This document shows, one piece after another, positions 54,159 to 64,000 of a stretch of 64,000 nt of DNA. The DNA is from Octopus sinensis (lineage: Eukaryota), in contig NC_043012.1 of assembly GCF_006345805.1 (NCBI RefSeq), positions 21,824,001 through 21,888,000 on the forward strand. Direction: 5' to 3'. Below the pieces are notes generated by a model. The model was not told the DNA's origin, did no database searches, and saw only the letters and a list, made by a program, of their open reading frames with translations. How positions within the stretch are numbered: position 1 is the first letter of the stretch; every line of letters starts with the position of its first letter. The position numbers were made by a program, and so were the translations under genes.

Positions 54159-54688
54159 GATTCCTCTCTCTCAGCTGATAACCAAATTAGTGAAAATGAC
54201 TTCAAATGGACTGAGGAAGAATTTCTGTCATCCACTTTAGGGACATCAGAAAACGATTGCAGTGATTCTTCGTCACTCATCAAATTTCAGGCATTGATAT
54301 CAACCCCTCAGGCCCAGACACAATCGTCAGCCGTGGTAACAGCATCATCAGCCGCAGCAGTATCACAGTCTACACAGCCACCTCCTGCAGTGTCACTGCC
54401 CCCACCACCGCCACCACCACCGCCAGCCCTACCATCTTCATCCTTGTCGGTTCCGGCAACAGTTGCTGCTTTAGCAGCTGCTCCTGAAATAAGCCAGTCA
54501 TCTGTTGTAACCACAACACCATCCATTAGTTCAGTTGCTGGCACACAGCAGGTCACTGCTCTTTTGTCGCCCCACTCAGCCAACTTTGGACAAGTGCAGC
54601 TTGTTCAACCAGGATGCAGCTCAGGACTTTCTCAAGATCAGAAATCCACTTATCAAAACTTTGCATCTCTCGGAAACGTTGGTCAAGG
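54159..54688 (+). CDS. BICRA: BICRA/GLTSCR1-like coding exon 3 (Ser/Pro/Ala/Thr-rich, poly-Pro)
   Basis: 530-nt open GC-richer block; tgttgCAG|GAT acceptor in phase 0 matching exon 2; AGG|GTAGGT donor. Low-complexity composition fits the BICRA N-terminal IDR, and assignment rests on contiguity with exons 1-2. Confidence 0.78.
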
Positions 54689-54767
54689 GTAGGTTATTGT
54701 TGCTCTATTGAACCTCTTTACTCTTTCTTCTGTTTTTCACTCTCTGTTTTTCTTTTCTCTTACATAG

Positions 54768-54813
54768 GAGAGATTTAGGCTCACCTCGCCCTTCCTCCAA
54801 TAGTTTACTTTGA
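54768..54813 (+). CDS. Candidate alternative terminal exon (RDLGSPRPSSNSLL*)
   Basis: 79-nt intron with a 40-nt pyrimidine tract and TAG acceptor, phase-compatible with exon 3; AATAAA at 55203-55208. Confidence 0.3.
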
Positions 54814-55477
54814 AAAGAACTTAGCTTTTGACATAAATCAGCTTGGTCTGGCTAAAAAAAAGAAAAAGAAAAAGATCTTATGAAACATCTCTTTTAGAAA
54901 TGGGATCAACATAGTATTACTTAATTACTCAGTCAGTTGAAAATGTGAATTTTTCTGAACATTTTATACCATAGAGAAATAGTCTTCAAAAACTTTTTCT
55001 TGTATTTAATTTTTTTCTTTTTTTGTTACTCCTTGAAAGGATATCCACAACTTCTATTTTTTAACTTTTCTTTTTGATACTATTAATAATTCTTTTCTTT
55101 TGTATTTGAACATTGTATTTAAAGGTTTAAATGGTGTTTTTCCAGCCAATGCGTAAACAATTATTTAACTTATATGTTTAGGATAAGTGATGGTTTCTAT
55201 ATAATAAAAACCCTCATATTTAAAAGCGTCTTTCCCCAAAACAAACAAAATGTTTGATCAAAATCTAATTTACATCAAAATGGTTTATATGAAAAATCTG
55301 ATTCTTCACTAATCCGTTTTTTTTTTTTATTTCTTTTCATTATTCTTACTTTATTGGTCTTTTAAAATCTATTTATTTTCTATTGATTTATCTATTAATT
55401 TCCTGTTGAAATTATTTTATGTGATTTATCAAAGATACAGACAGTATTTGGTAATTGAAGTATGTGCCATAATTCAT

Positions 55478-55689
55478 CCCTTTAGCATTTAGATTATTCT
55501 GTCCAGTTTAATGCCTATTTATTTACATTATTTTGAAGTAATCATGCATTTTCTTGTAGCTTCGAAATTTCAATGATATGACTGTTTATTTTTACAATAG
55601 CATTGTAGGATAGGTGTGAAAAGTTGAATCTGGTGAGTTTGAACATAAAACAGGTAGAATATTTGAGACTCTGTTTAAATACTAAAGGG
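55478..55689. mobile_element. piggyBac-type MITE
   Basis: TIRs CCCTTTAGCATTTA / TAAATACTAAAGGG (13/14); TTAA on the right (55690-55693), degenerate TCAT on the left. Confidence 0.7.
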
Positions 55690-56059
55690 TTAATTTAGAT
55701 ATGATTTTAAGCAATGTTCTTAATTATTACCATTATAGCTAATACACTATGTTTGCCACTACTTCAATATCTGGAGTATTCAGAGCAAGTTTTGAGCTTG
55801 TACATATCTCCTTTCCACCATCTCCTTATCTTTTGATTTCTGCTTATACACAAACCGAGACACACAAAATCACTTTCAATATATGAGTGTTTCTAAACAT
55901 ATCTATACAGTTGATAACTTATGGTTGTATTAGAGTGGAAACCCTTGGTAAATTACATCCCTGAATCATTACATATAAGCTGTAGATAGAATATGTAAAT
56001 ACCATGTCTTGTCTCCAGAGGAGGAGCAATTGAATTTGAAACTAGCTTATATCCTGCTG

Positions 56060-56616
56060 TGATAAACTTTCATCTTTCTGCATGGATCAATAAAATAAAA
56101 TACCAGTGAAATAAGGCTTGATATATTCCCTCCTATCAGATTTGTGACTTTGTACCTATGTTAGAAGAAGAAGAAGTTCAGTTTATTGGTAGAATGGACA
56201 ATGTATCAGACTAAATGCCTTGTAGTACAACTCTTTACAATACGAGATCAAATCCTCCCAAGATCAATTTTACCTGTCATCCCTCTGGGGTTGGTAAAAT
56301 AAAGTGCCAGTCAAGTACTGGTGTTGATTTTGCCAACTAATCCTAACATGTCTCTGAATTTCAGGCATTGTGTCTATGTTATAAACAATTATAATTATTA
56401 TTGGGTTATGGATTGGCAGAATAGGTCGTGTTAGACCAAATGTTTGCTATATTTAATGACAGTGTTTTATGCTCGGAGTTCAAATTTTATTGAGGATGAC
56501 TTTGCCTCTCGTTCTCCACTCAGGACTGACATAATAAAGTATCAGCCAAGTTCTTGCATTGATTTAGTCAATTAACTTCCTCTCCTTAAATTTGTAGGTT
56601 TGGGTCTGTGTTAGAA
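56060..56616 (+). mobile_element. Tandem diverged SINE family B copies (about 3)
   Basis: Repeated central domain (tcatc.ctt..gggg.tg.taaaata.agt.ccag) and ttggcagaat heads, ending in (TTA)n at 56617-56640. Confidence 0.7.
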
Positions 56617-56640
56617 ATTATTATTATTATTATTGTTATT

Positions 56641-58397
56641 TTATTTCTCAGAGCTCTCGGTCTTAGTTTCTCTGGTTGAATCTGTGAGAGGAGACAGCAA
56701 CCTGTTGTCAGAAGTCTCACAGGGTCTCTTTTTGCAAATTAGAGCTTTGGTATTTGGATGTGGACTTATCGTGGAAGACACTCAACACCCAAGCACCAAT
56801 CTCAAAATCCTAGATGTCCCCATAGAGCAGTTTTTAGGGCCAGCTTTTCCCTCATGCCAGTTCCAATGTCTTTGACATATTTCTTGAACTTGGTTGTTAG
56901 TGCTACTGGGATAACAGTTACTCTCCTCATTGCCTACATTCTTGCAATTTTGTCTTTTAATAGTCTGTGTGTCTCCATCTTTTCTACCTCTTTGTCATCT
57001 AGGCATGCATCCCTGGGTATGGCAATATCTATGATCTTAGTTTCCTTTTTTTTCTTTTATCCACCGCAACAATATCTGGTCTCCAAGCATTGATTAGGGA
57101 GTCACATTGGATTTTATATTCATTGTTCTCAGTGATGCCCCCTAGTTCATGTTTGTACCATTTCCATGCTGTGTCCAGACTGTACTTTTCACACAGTTTC
57201 CAGTGAATAAACTTAGCCATGTTGTCATGGCTCTTTTTGTAGTGCATTCGGGTTAGTTTGCTACACTCCCTCACAATATGTGAGATTGTTTCATTTTTGC
57301 TGTCACACAACCATTTATGTGGGATACTATCAGATGCTTTTCTGTAGTCTATCCATACTATACTCAGATTCTTGTTTTTGCTCCGGAAATTCTTTACAAT
57401 CATTTTATTTATGAGTAATTGGTCTTTGCTCTCGTAGAGCCTATTGCTCTCATAGAACTCTTTTAGAACCTTTTGGAGCTTGTGGAATGATAGAGTTCTG
57501 ATCAAGAAAAGTGTATATTCTTTCAGTTAGTATGGATGTGAGGATCTTCTTGGTGGTGTTGAGACATGTTATTGGTTGGTAGTCCCTTGGGTTTTTTGTG
57601 TCTTCAGTTTTTATTAGTAAGTATATAGTTCCTTCAGTCAGCCAGGTAGGTGTTTGCTCTGGGTTCTGAATGATATCAGTTAAAAGATGCAGCAAGATTT
57701 TGGTGTAGTTCTGTCAAACAATTCAGCCAGAAGTTTGGGATCTGGTCCTGAGGTTTTCCATTTGTGAGATTTTTTTAAGAACACATCTTAACTCATGTAT
57801 TCCTATTGCCTTCCATTTCTACTCCTCAACTTCATCCAGTCTCTCTTTCTCATGTTCTATCCAGTCAGCTTCAGCAATATACTCTTTTTCGTTGCTCCAT
57901 ATCTTCTTCCACAACTCTTCTGTTTCCTCAGACTTAGCTCCTTTTAATCGTACTTTTGCCAGTCTCCCTGTAAAATTTATTTCCATCCATCTTGAATACT
58001 TTGTTTTGTTGATAAAATTGATAAATTCTGTTATCATACCTTCTAAACCATTGGACTTTCAACTGTATATGCTGTTTCAACAGTTTGTTGCTTGCAGAGA
58101 AGTTTATAAAATCTTTGACTTTCTATTTTTGCTTGATTTTTGAAGCTTTTTTCATCTTCTAGTAAGTTCATTGAGAACTGATTCATCCACCTGCAGATTA
58201 AATCTCTTTTTGTATTGCTACTTTCCACTTAAAAGGCTTATTAACATGCTTGATCCTTTTCTGTCATCCTAATACCTAGTTGAGCATTTACTACTTTAGC
58301 AGTGGAATAGATGACATTATTTAAGGTAGTTGGATCATTTTCTTTATTTCTTAAGAGCTAAGTGCGACAATATATATCATGTTGTTTTTTTTTGTGA
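56641..58397 (-). mobile_element. R4/Dong-clade LINE with large internal deletion, degenerate
   Basis: Fragments LWKKIWS, TWLTEG..YQPITCL, DQLLINK..NLSIVWIDYRKASDSIPHKWL fused to CDSKNETISHI..C..HD..IHWKLC..RPDIV; (TTA)n at both ends. Confidence 0.88.
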
Positions 58398-58420
58398 TTA
58401 TTATTATCATTATTATTATT

Positions 58421-59594
58421 CTGTAGTCTTTTATTACATGCCTTCACTGCGCTACTGAGTGCACTTCTGTGTGCCTTGGGTATGTGCTGTGGTTTGCTGT
58501 GATGCTCTCATTTTCCCTGTATTGAAATTTTTTTACATAGGATGTAAGTGCTGCCTAGTAGTGCTATTTTCTGTATGTTATATATACTTGTTAGTCCTGG
58601 TGTTTTTATTATGTTATTGTCTGAATATTTTTTTATCATATTTAATACCCCTATTTATGATACAACTTGTTTCTCTTTTTGGTCTCCATATTTGAGTTAC
58701 TTCTATTTCCAGGACTTTGTATTTTGAAAGTTTCTCCATTTCTTTTAGAGAAATGTTGTAATCCATTGGTATTGATACATTGATTAGAAAGCATTTTTTT
58801 TTTCCTTGATGATCTCTGACATCTATATCCAGCCTATTGGCCTTAATTTCTCTATCTGTGTGTATTGGCATATCCCATAGTATGGTTGCTTTCTCATTTT
58901 CTGTGACCTTTTCTGGCGTGTGCCTATATCATCTTTTTTCTGTTGTTATTCCATAGTGTTGGCGTAGCTTCCAGTGTATATAGATCCCAACTCTGTCGTG
59001 TCTGTGAATATATCCCTTCTTAGCCAGGACTGGGCAGCTAGAGACAATATGGTTTATTGTTTCTTGTCCATCTCCACATATTCTGCAGTTACTTGTTATG
59101 TTTCTTCTCATTATGTTTTTGCTAATTTCTGGTGAGGAGGCTTTGGTCTTGTGCTGCAGTTAAAAATCCTTCAGTCTCTACTTTGAGTCCTGAGCTTCTC
59201 AGCCATTGTTGGGATTTTGCATTTCGTTTAACCCAGTATTTGCCATGAAGTGGCTCTTCTTGCCATCATTTTATTATGATCTTTTGCTGTTCCAGTTTTA
59301 GTTTGGATTTCAGTTGTTTTACAGCTTTTGTTGTTTCTTCTTTTTCTTCATAGTTGTTAGGTAGTATGACTTCTTTTTTCTATTTGTCAGTTTCCTTAAA
59401 GACTGAAAACAGTTTTTTGTTTTGTTCATGTTTTGTGGCTATTTGTATTAGTTTCCCTTGCTTCTGAAATAGCTATTTTTGCAGGCCTATGGTGGTTATT
59501 TTGTAATAGTTTTCTAACCGTATAAGGCCTCTACCACCTTCTATACATTGTATATATAACCTTTCTATGTCAGATTTTGGGTGGTGCATCCTAA
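58421..59594 (-). mobile_element. Second R4/Dong-clade LINE, 5'-truncated
   Basis: PLHGKY..WLRSSGLKVETEGFLTAAQDQ, CRICGDGQETINHIVSSC..RHDRV..IHWKL (CCHC knuckle), ANRLDI..INVSIPMD..KEMEKLSKY (REL endonuclease); flanked by (TTA)n at 58398-58420 and 59595-59637. Confidence 0.88.
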
Positions 59595-59637
59595 ATTATT
59601 ATTATTATTATAATTATTATTATTATTATTTTTATTA

Positions 59638-59862
59638 CTGGCAGTGAGTTGGCAGAATCGTTAGTGTGCTGGACGAAATGCGTAGTGGTATTTCGCCTGT
59701 CGCTACATTCTGAGTTCAAATTTTGCCAAGGCCGACTTTGCTTTTCATCCTTTCGGGGTTGATAAAATAAGTACCAGTTGAGCACTGGAGTCAAAGTGAT
59801 TGACTAGATTCCTTTCCCCCAAATTGCTGCCCTTCTGGCAAAATTTGAAACCATTATTATTA
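59638..59862 (+). mobile_element. SINE family B, full copy
   Basis: A-box ttggcagaatcgttag, B-box gagttcaaatt, central domain and (ATT)n tail; same 3' variant as the 12134 copy. Confidence 0.88.
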
Positions 59863-59867
59863 TTATT

Positions 59868-60360
59868 GAGTAAAGAGCAATGCATGCCATCAAAGTGACA
59901 CTGGGGTAAAATATATGAAGCCCAGTATACCCATCACAGCTACCCATCTAATAAGGATACATGCATCACAATCATATGTGCATGACACGGTGATCTCATA
60001 TCAAGATTAACAGTGCATGACCTTGCCAGTGGGGCCTAGTTAGAATTTTCTTCAGGTCGAGTAGCCCATCCTGCTGAAAAGGTCCTTGAATAAGGGTTTG
60101 TTTAAAGATGCTGAACGAAACACCTATGTTTCCAGAGGTGAATTATCCAAACTCCAATGAATTCCTCTCAACACATGGCTATGATGCTGCCCCGACTACT
60201 GTTCATGATCAGGGATGCACATATTGTCAGCCACTAAGGGACATGCTCAACTGGTTACGGTCAAACAACCGACAAGCAAATCTGTGGTATTGAGCAAAAT
60301 ATTTGCTGTAGCCCATCTTTTATACCATGGCAAAACAATGTACATGATAACACTTCCAAG
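59868..60360 (+). repeat. Unclassified interspersed repeat (copy 2, longer)
   Basis: Shares about 200 bp with 7880-8090. Confidence 0.65.
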
Positions 60361-60399
60361 ATGAGAAGCCATGAAAGCCACTGCCTGGTACTGCATCAG

Positions 60400-60643
60400 A
60401 GCATCAGTGCTTCCGTGTCAGTGGCACTTAAAAAGCACCACTCAAACATGGTCGATGCCAGTGTCACCTGACCGACCCCGTGCTGGTGGCATATAAAAAG
60501 CACTCACTATACTCAGTGGTTGGCATTAGGAAGGGCATCCAGCTGTAGAAACATTGCCAGATCAGATTGGAGCCTGGTGCAGCCCCCTAGCTTGCCAGTC
60601 AAACTGTCCAACCCATGCCGGCATGGAAAATGAATGTTAAACG

Positions 60644-60701
<58 letters not shown>

Positions 60702-60703
60702 TA
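60400..60703 (+). mobile_element. RTE 3'-UTR fragment followed by long (TTA)n
   Basis: ggttggcattaggaagggcatccagctgtagaaac...ccaacccatgccggcatggaaaa..gttaaacga, then (TTA)n at 60646-60700. Confidence 0.8.
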
Positions 60704-60919
60704 TCCTCTTTCAATTTTGTTTCCATTTCTTTCTGAGTGTCTTCCCAACACATAGGGCAAAGAAACTCACTGTATGCATTTGTTATGCACACTAGATTGT
60801 TCATTTACAAAGTCATGTGATAGAAAAAAATTGCTGCAAAGAACTATCATTTATTGACTTATGCCTGATTTTTTTTCTCTCTTCTTTAAGCTTAAAACTG
60901 TCATATTTCATGCTATTTA

Positions 60920-61734
60920 CAAGGTGGTGTCAAAAAGACTAGTTATGTTTAATAAAAAATAACTTATTGATCTAAGTTTTAACATCATCTCTTTCAAAAT
61001 AGTCACCTTTCACGGCAATACACTGGTGCCTGCATTCCTGCCATTTTTGGAATCCGGCCTGGAAGTTGGACGACCGTCTGTTATTCACTCTGGATTTTTT
61101 CATCTTGGGGAAGAGATGGAAGTCCGTAGGTGCTAAACCTGGCGAATAGGGCAGGTGTGGAAGTGGTACCATATTGTTTTTGACAAGAAGCTCACGAGTG
61201 AGGAGAGCTTGGTGACAGGGTGCTCCACAGATCTGGTCACTTTGCTGAATGTCATCCCTCAAATACTTCAAAGCATCACAGTAGAACTCTTGATTGATGG
61301 TTTGGCCCTGAGGGATGAATTCTTGATACACAATACTGTGAATGTTGAAAAAAACAATGAGCCTGCCCTTGATTGAGCTGTGGCTCTGTCATGCTTTTCT
61401 TTGGTCATGGGGATGAAGGGCTCTTTCCTTATGATGATTGCTGCTTCGTCTCAGGCTCATACACAATGTTTCTGTAGCAGACTTTCCAAGTTCAATGCAA
61501 AATTTCATGTTGGCTCTTTGTTCCAACTTCCTGTCCTTGACAAAATTGCAGACTACAGCATACACGTGATCACAAAAACACAAGTTTCACAACTTGCGAA
61601 GTAAACCACAGCGATGTCACTCGGCACACTGCCTCATGAAGATCACTGCTAGCTCTCACTGTGCACGCAATCGTGTGCTGCCGTCTGTTTGTGCACTACA
61701 GAACTAGTCCAGGAACTTTTTCGATACCACCTTG
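60920..61734 (-). mobile_element. Internally deleted mariner (Tc1/mariner) transposon
   Basis: TA TSDs (60918-60919, 61735-61736); TIRs caaggtggtgtcaaaaag / caaggtggtatcgaaaaag; fragments EQRANMKFCIELGKSATETL, LIVFFNIHSIVYQEFIPQGQTINQEFY, PHLPYSPGLAPTDFHLFPKMK, GDYFE. Confidence 0.92.
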
Positions 61735-61859
61735 TAGTTGGCTAAAAGCTTTTTCTTGAAAGTTTGTTGAGTGTTAGTGATTTAGCAGTAACAGCATGAA
61801 ATCAGTTTTTTTTCAAATGCTTAAACAATTCCCTAGGAGCTGTTGATAGCTTTTGTTAC

Positions 61860-62130
61860 CTAGATGACTTAATTAGCATTGGAGGAATGTATTCTGAAAG
61901 TGCAGTGGCCAGACTAAGAATGGGGTAGAAAACTTATAAGCCAATATCTCTGCTAGCAGCAAAGCGATTCTCTTTCTGAGTGAAGGACATATTGTATGTT
62001 GTTTGTATGCAAAGTGTGATGTTGCATGGTAGCAAAATAGGACAACTGGAAGGTGGAGTTGTGTGCAAAGACTAGAAAGAGATGAAGTAAGCATGCTCTA
62101 CTGGATGTGTAATGTTAGTGAACATGATCA
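61860..62130 (+). mobile_element. Degenerate RTE LINE ORF fragment
   Basis: SAVARLRMG..VKDILYVVCMQSVMLHGSK..RLERDEVSMLYWMCNVS matches RTE (ARIR.GW..VKGRLY.ACVRS.MLHGSETW..SMLRWMC). Confidence 0.7.
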
Positions 62131-62467
62131 ACAGAACACAAAAGAGCTGAAAGTAAGCCATTTACATCAGACTCCTCTTAAAAGAGGAATTTGATGTAAA
62201 TGATTCTCTATTGATTTTGATGATAAGCATTAGTTTTCGATGAACTAAAAACAACCTCTTAATTCAATGCGTTTGTAAGTAACGAAGTATTTCACAGTTA
62301 TTTGTCCCTTAACATAATTTTCTGGTAGAATCAGCAAAGCACAATGTGTAACAAGATTGTAATTTTGAATTACAGGTGCAATCCATCTGAAGAACTTCTG
62401 CATAGTTTCTATCTATCCAATTTCGTTCACAAGGCCTTGATCAACTCAAGGGCATAATATAAGGAAC

Positions 62468-62623
62468 CTGGGGCAGACTGAGCCATCAGTCAGTCAGGCA
62501 CTGCTCGAGGGCCTGGAGCTCTGAGGGGCCTGCACTCTACATATTAACTCTACTGATATCAATGTTAAGAGGCCTAGTAAACAGTTATGCCCGAGGGCCC
62601 TTAATACTCTCAGTCCACCCCTG
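62468..62623. mobile_element. Possible hAT-type MITE nested in a SINE-A remnant
   Basis: Imperfect TIRs ctggggcagactgag / ctcagtccacccctg (12/15); no recognisable TSD. Confidence 0.4.
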
Positions 62624-64000
62624 TAGCATGCAGTGGAACTGAACCCTGACTTGGTGATTATGAAGCCAACTTCTTCACAACTCATCTACGCTATATCTAT
62701 AATTAGATGTAGTGATGTAGTGTAGTGGAGACGGAACTAGTGTGGACCTGTGATATGTATAACATCTGGGTTAAGATGTATTAGGCAATATGAAGTGGGA
62801 GGAACTTGTGGAAGAGGAAGGAGTAGTAAAAGTATATCTTAGGAAGATGGACCTCATGAAAGAAATGAAAAATGTTACCCACCAAGTGGTGAGGTGCTGT
62901 ATTAAAGAGGACCCATTCTCTTCATACTAGGATATGGTAAAAACAAATGATGATGATGATGATGATGATGCTGTAAAACATTTTTATTATCTTGGGATTC
63001 GAAAATTTATTTACTTACTTTACATGCTTTCATAGGTGAATAGTCCTCTCACTTTACAAATATTCTACATTGGGGAACCAATTATTTTGCAGTAAGATGC
63101 TATTTCTAATGCATCGACTTGCTGCCAAAGTGAGAGTGGTATCTGTTTTCAGCTAACGTCTGATCAGTTTTCTGCCTAATTGAGAATGCAACTTAAATAT
63201 GGCATTACAGATTGTTACTTTTTCCAGTCAGTCCAACATATTAATTACTCTTGTCATCACCTTTCTCTAAACCACTTAGGCTTTGGATTATTGGATAAGT
63301 ATTGATAAAGATTTGACCATGAAATCATAGCAATAAAACACAAAGTGGACAAATATAGAAGTGCTTAAGTGATTGGTCAGTGTTGATCTGTTGAGATCAT
63401 CCTTACCATTTAATGTCCCTTTTTCCATGCATGCATAAATATGACAGTTCAACAGGAACCAATAAGTCAGAGGACTGTGCTGAGCTCCAGTGTCTGCTTT
63501 GGCATACTTTCTACAACTGGATACCTCTCCTAACGCCAACTACTTTACAGAACTTCTGGCTAATCACTGATTCAGTGTAGAACAGTTATCAGTGGGTGAA
63601 CTTCATTTAGAAAGCAGTTTTTTTTCTCACTCATATTGACATCTTTCTGTCAACAAAATTTCATTCAAAAGGCATTTGTTATCCAAAGTTCAAGTAAAGT
63701 TTGAACTTGGAACCACTTGGTTGGGATGTGAGTTTTTTTTACCACCCAGATATATTTGCATAGGCATATAGCAGTTTATGTGTTTTTGGGAGGGGAATTT
63801 CAACCATGTTTCGTGGTCTGCTACCACAACAGCTCCTTTATAGGATCCAGTTAGCTCAAGACATCATCAGGAGGAACCATGTCGGGTTTCGGCTCCTACT
63901 CCTCTACCGTTTTGACGTGGCGGGAGCCCCCACTTTCCAAGGTGTCTTCAGCTCTGGTGTTGAGTGCATATCTTCTTTCTCCTTCTTTCTTCTGTTCCCT

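Noticed and set aside
63840-64000. GC-richer, CpG-containing segment at the window end
   Set aside because: Truncated by the window edge; no interpretable ORF, splice pair or recognisable family, probably a repeat.

Overview
AT-rich, microsatellite-dense eukaryotic genomic DNA. The repeat families match what I recall from octopus genomes, so a coleoid cephalopod origin is inferred, not proven. The only host gene I can support is a + strand BICRA/GLTSCR1 (ncBAF subunit) orthologue. Three coding exons (49032-49066, 53574-53619, 54159-54688) splice in compatible phases to MEDGRCLLDVIGDPKLLNEFLKDGTDVDSS..., with candidate 5'-UTR exons upstream; the C-terminal GLTSCR1 domain is not in the window. 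One intact tRNA-Glu(TTC) gene with a Pol III terminator lies at 13430-13501 (-). The rest is intron or intergenic DNA filled with several tRNA-derived SINE families, 3' fragments of CR1, RTE and R4/Dong LINEs, a Penelope-like GIY-YIG fragment, and hAT, mariner, piggyBac and Helitron remnants. Four observations stand out. (1) A (TA)n-flanked ~206-bp element carries a foldable type I hammerhead-like motif with a compensatory G3-C8 core swap (47224-47274, -), next to a decayed sense-strand relative. (2) Two loci show one SINE family and R4/Dong LINEs piled up on (TTA)n tracts with strictly opposite polarity. (3) Near-identical inverted SINEs bracket the BICRA start-codon exon. (4) Splice signals suggest uORF, poison-acceptor and truncated-isoform control of BICRA. 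No rRNA, CRISPR or prokaryotic features were seen. Most ORF-track entries are microsatellite or antisense-TE artefacts.
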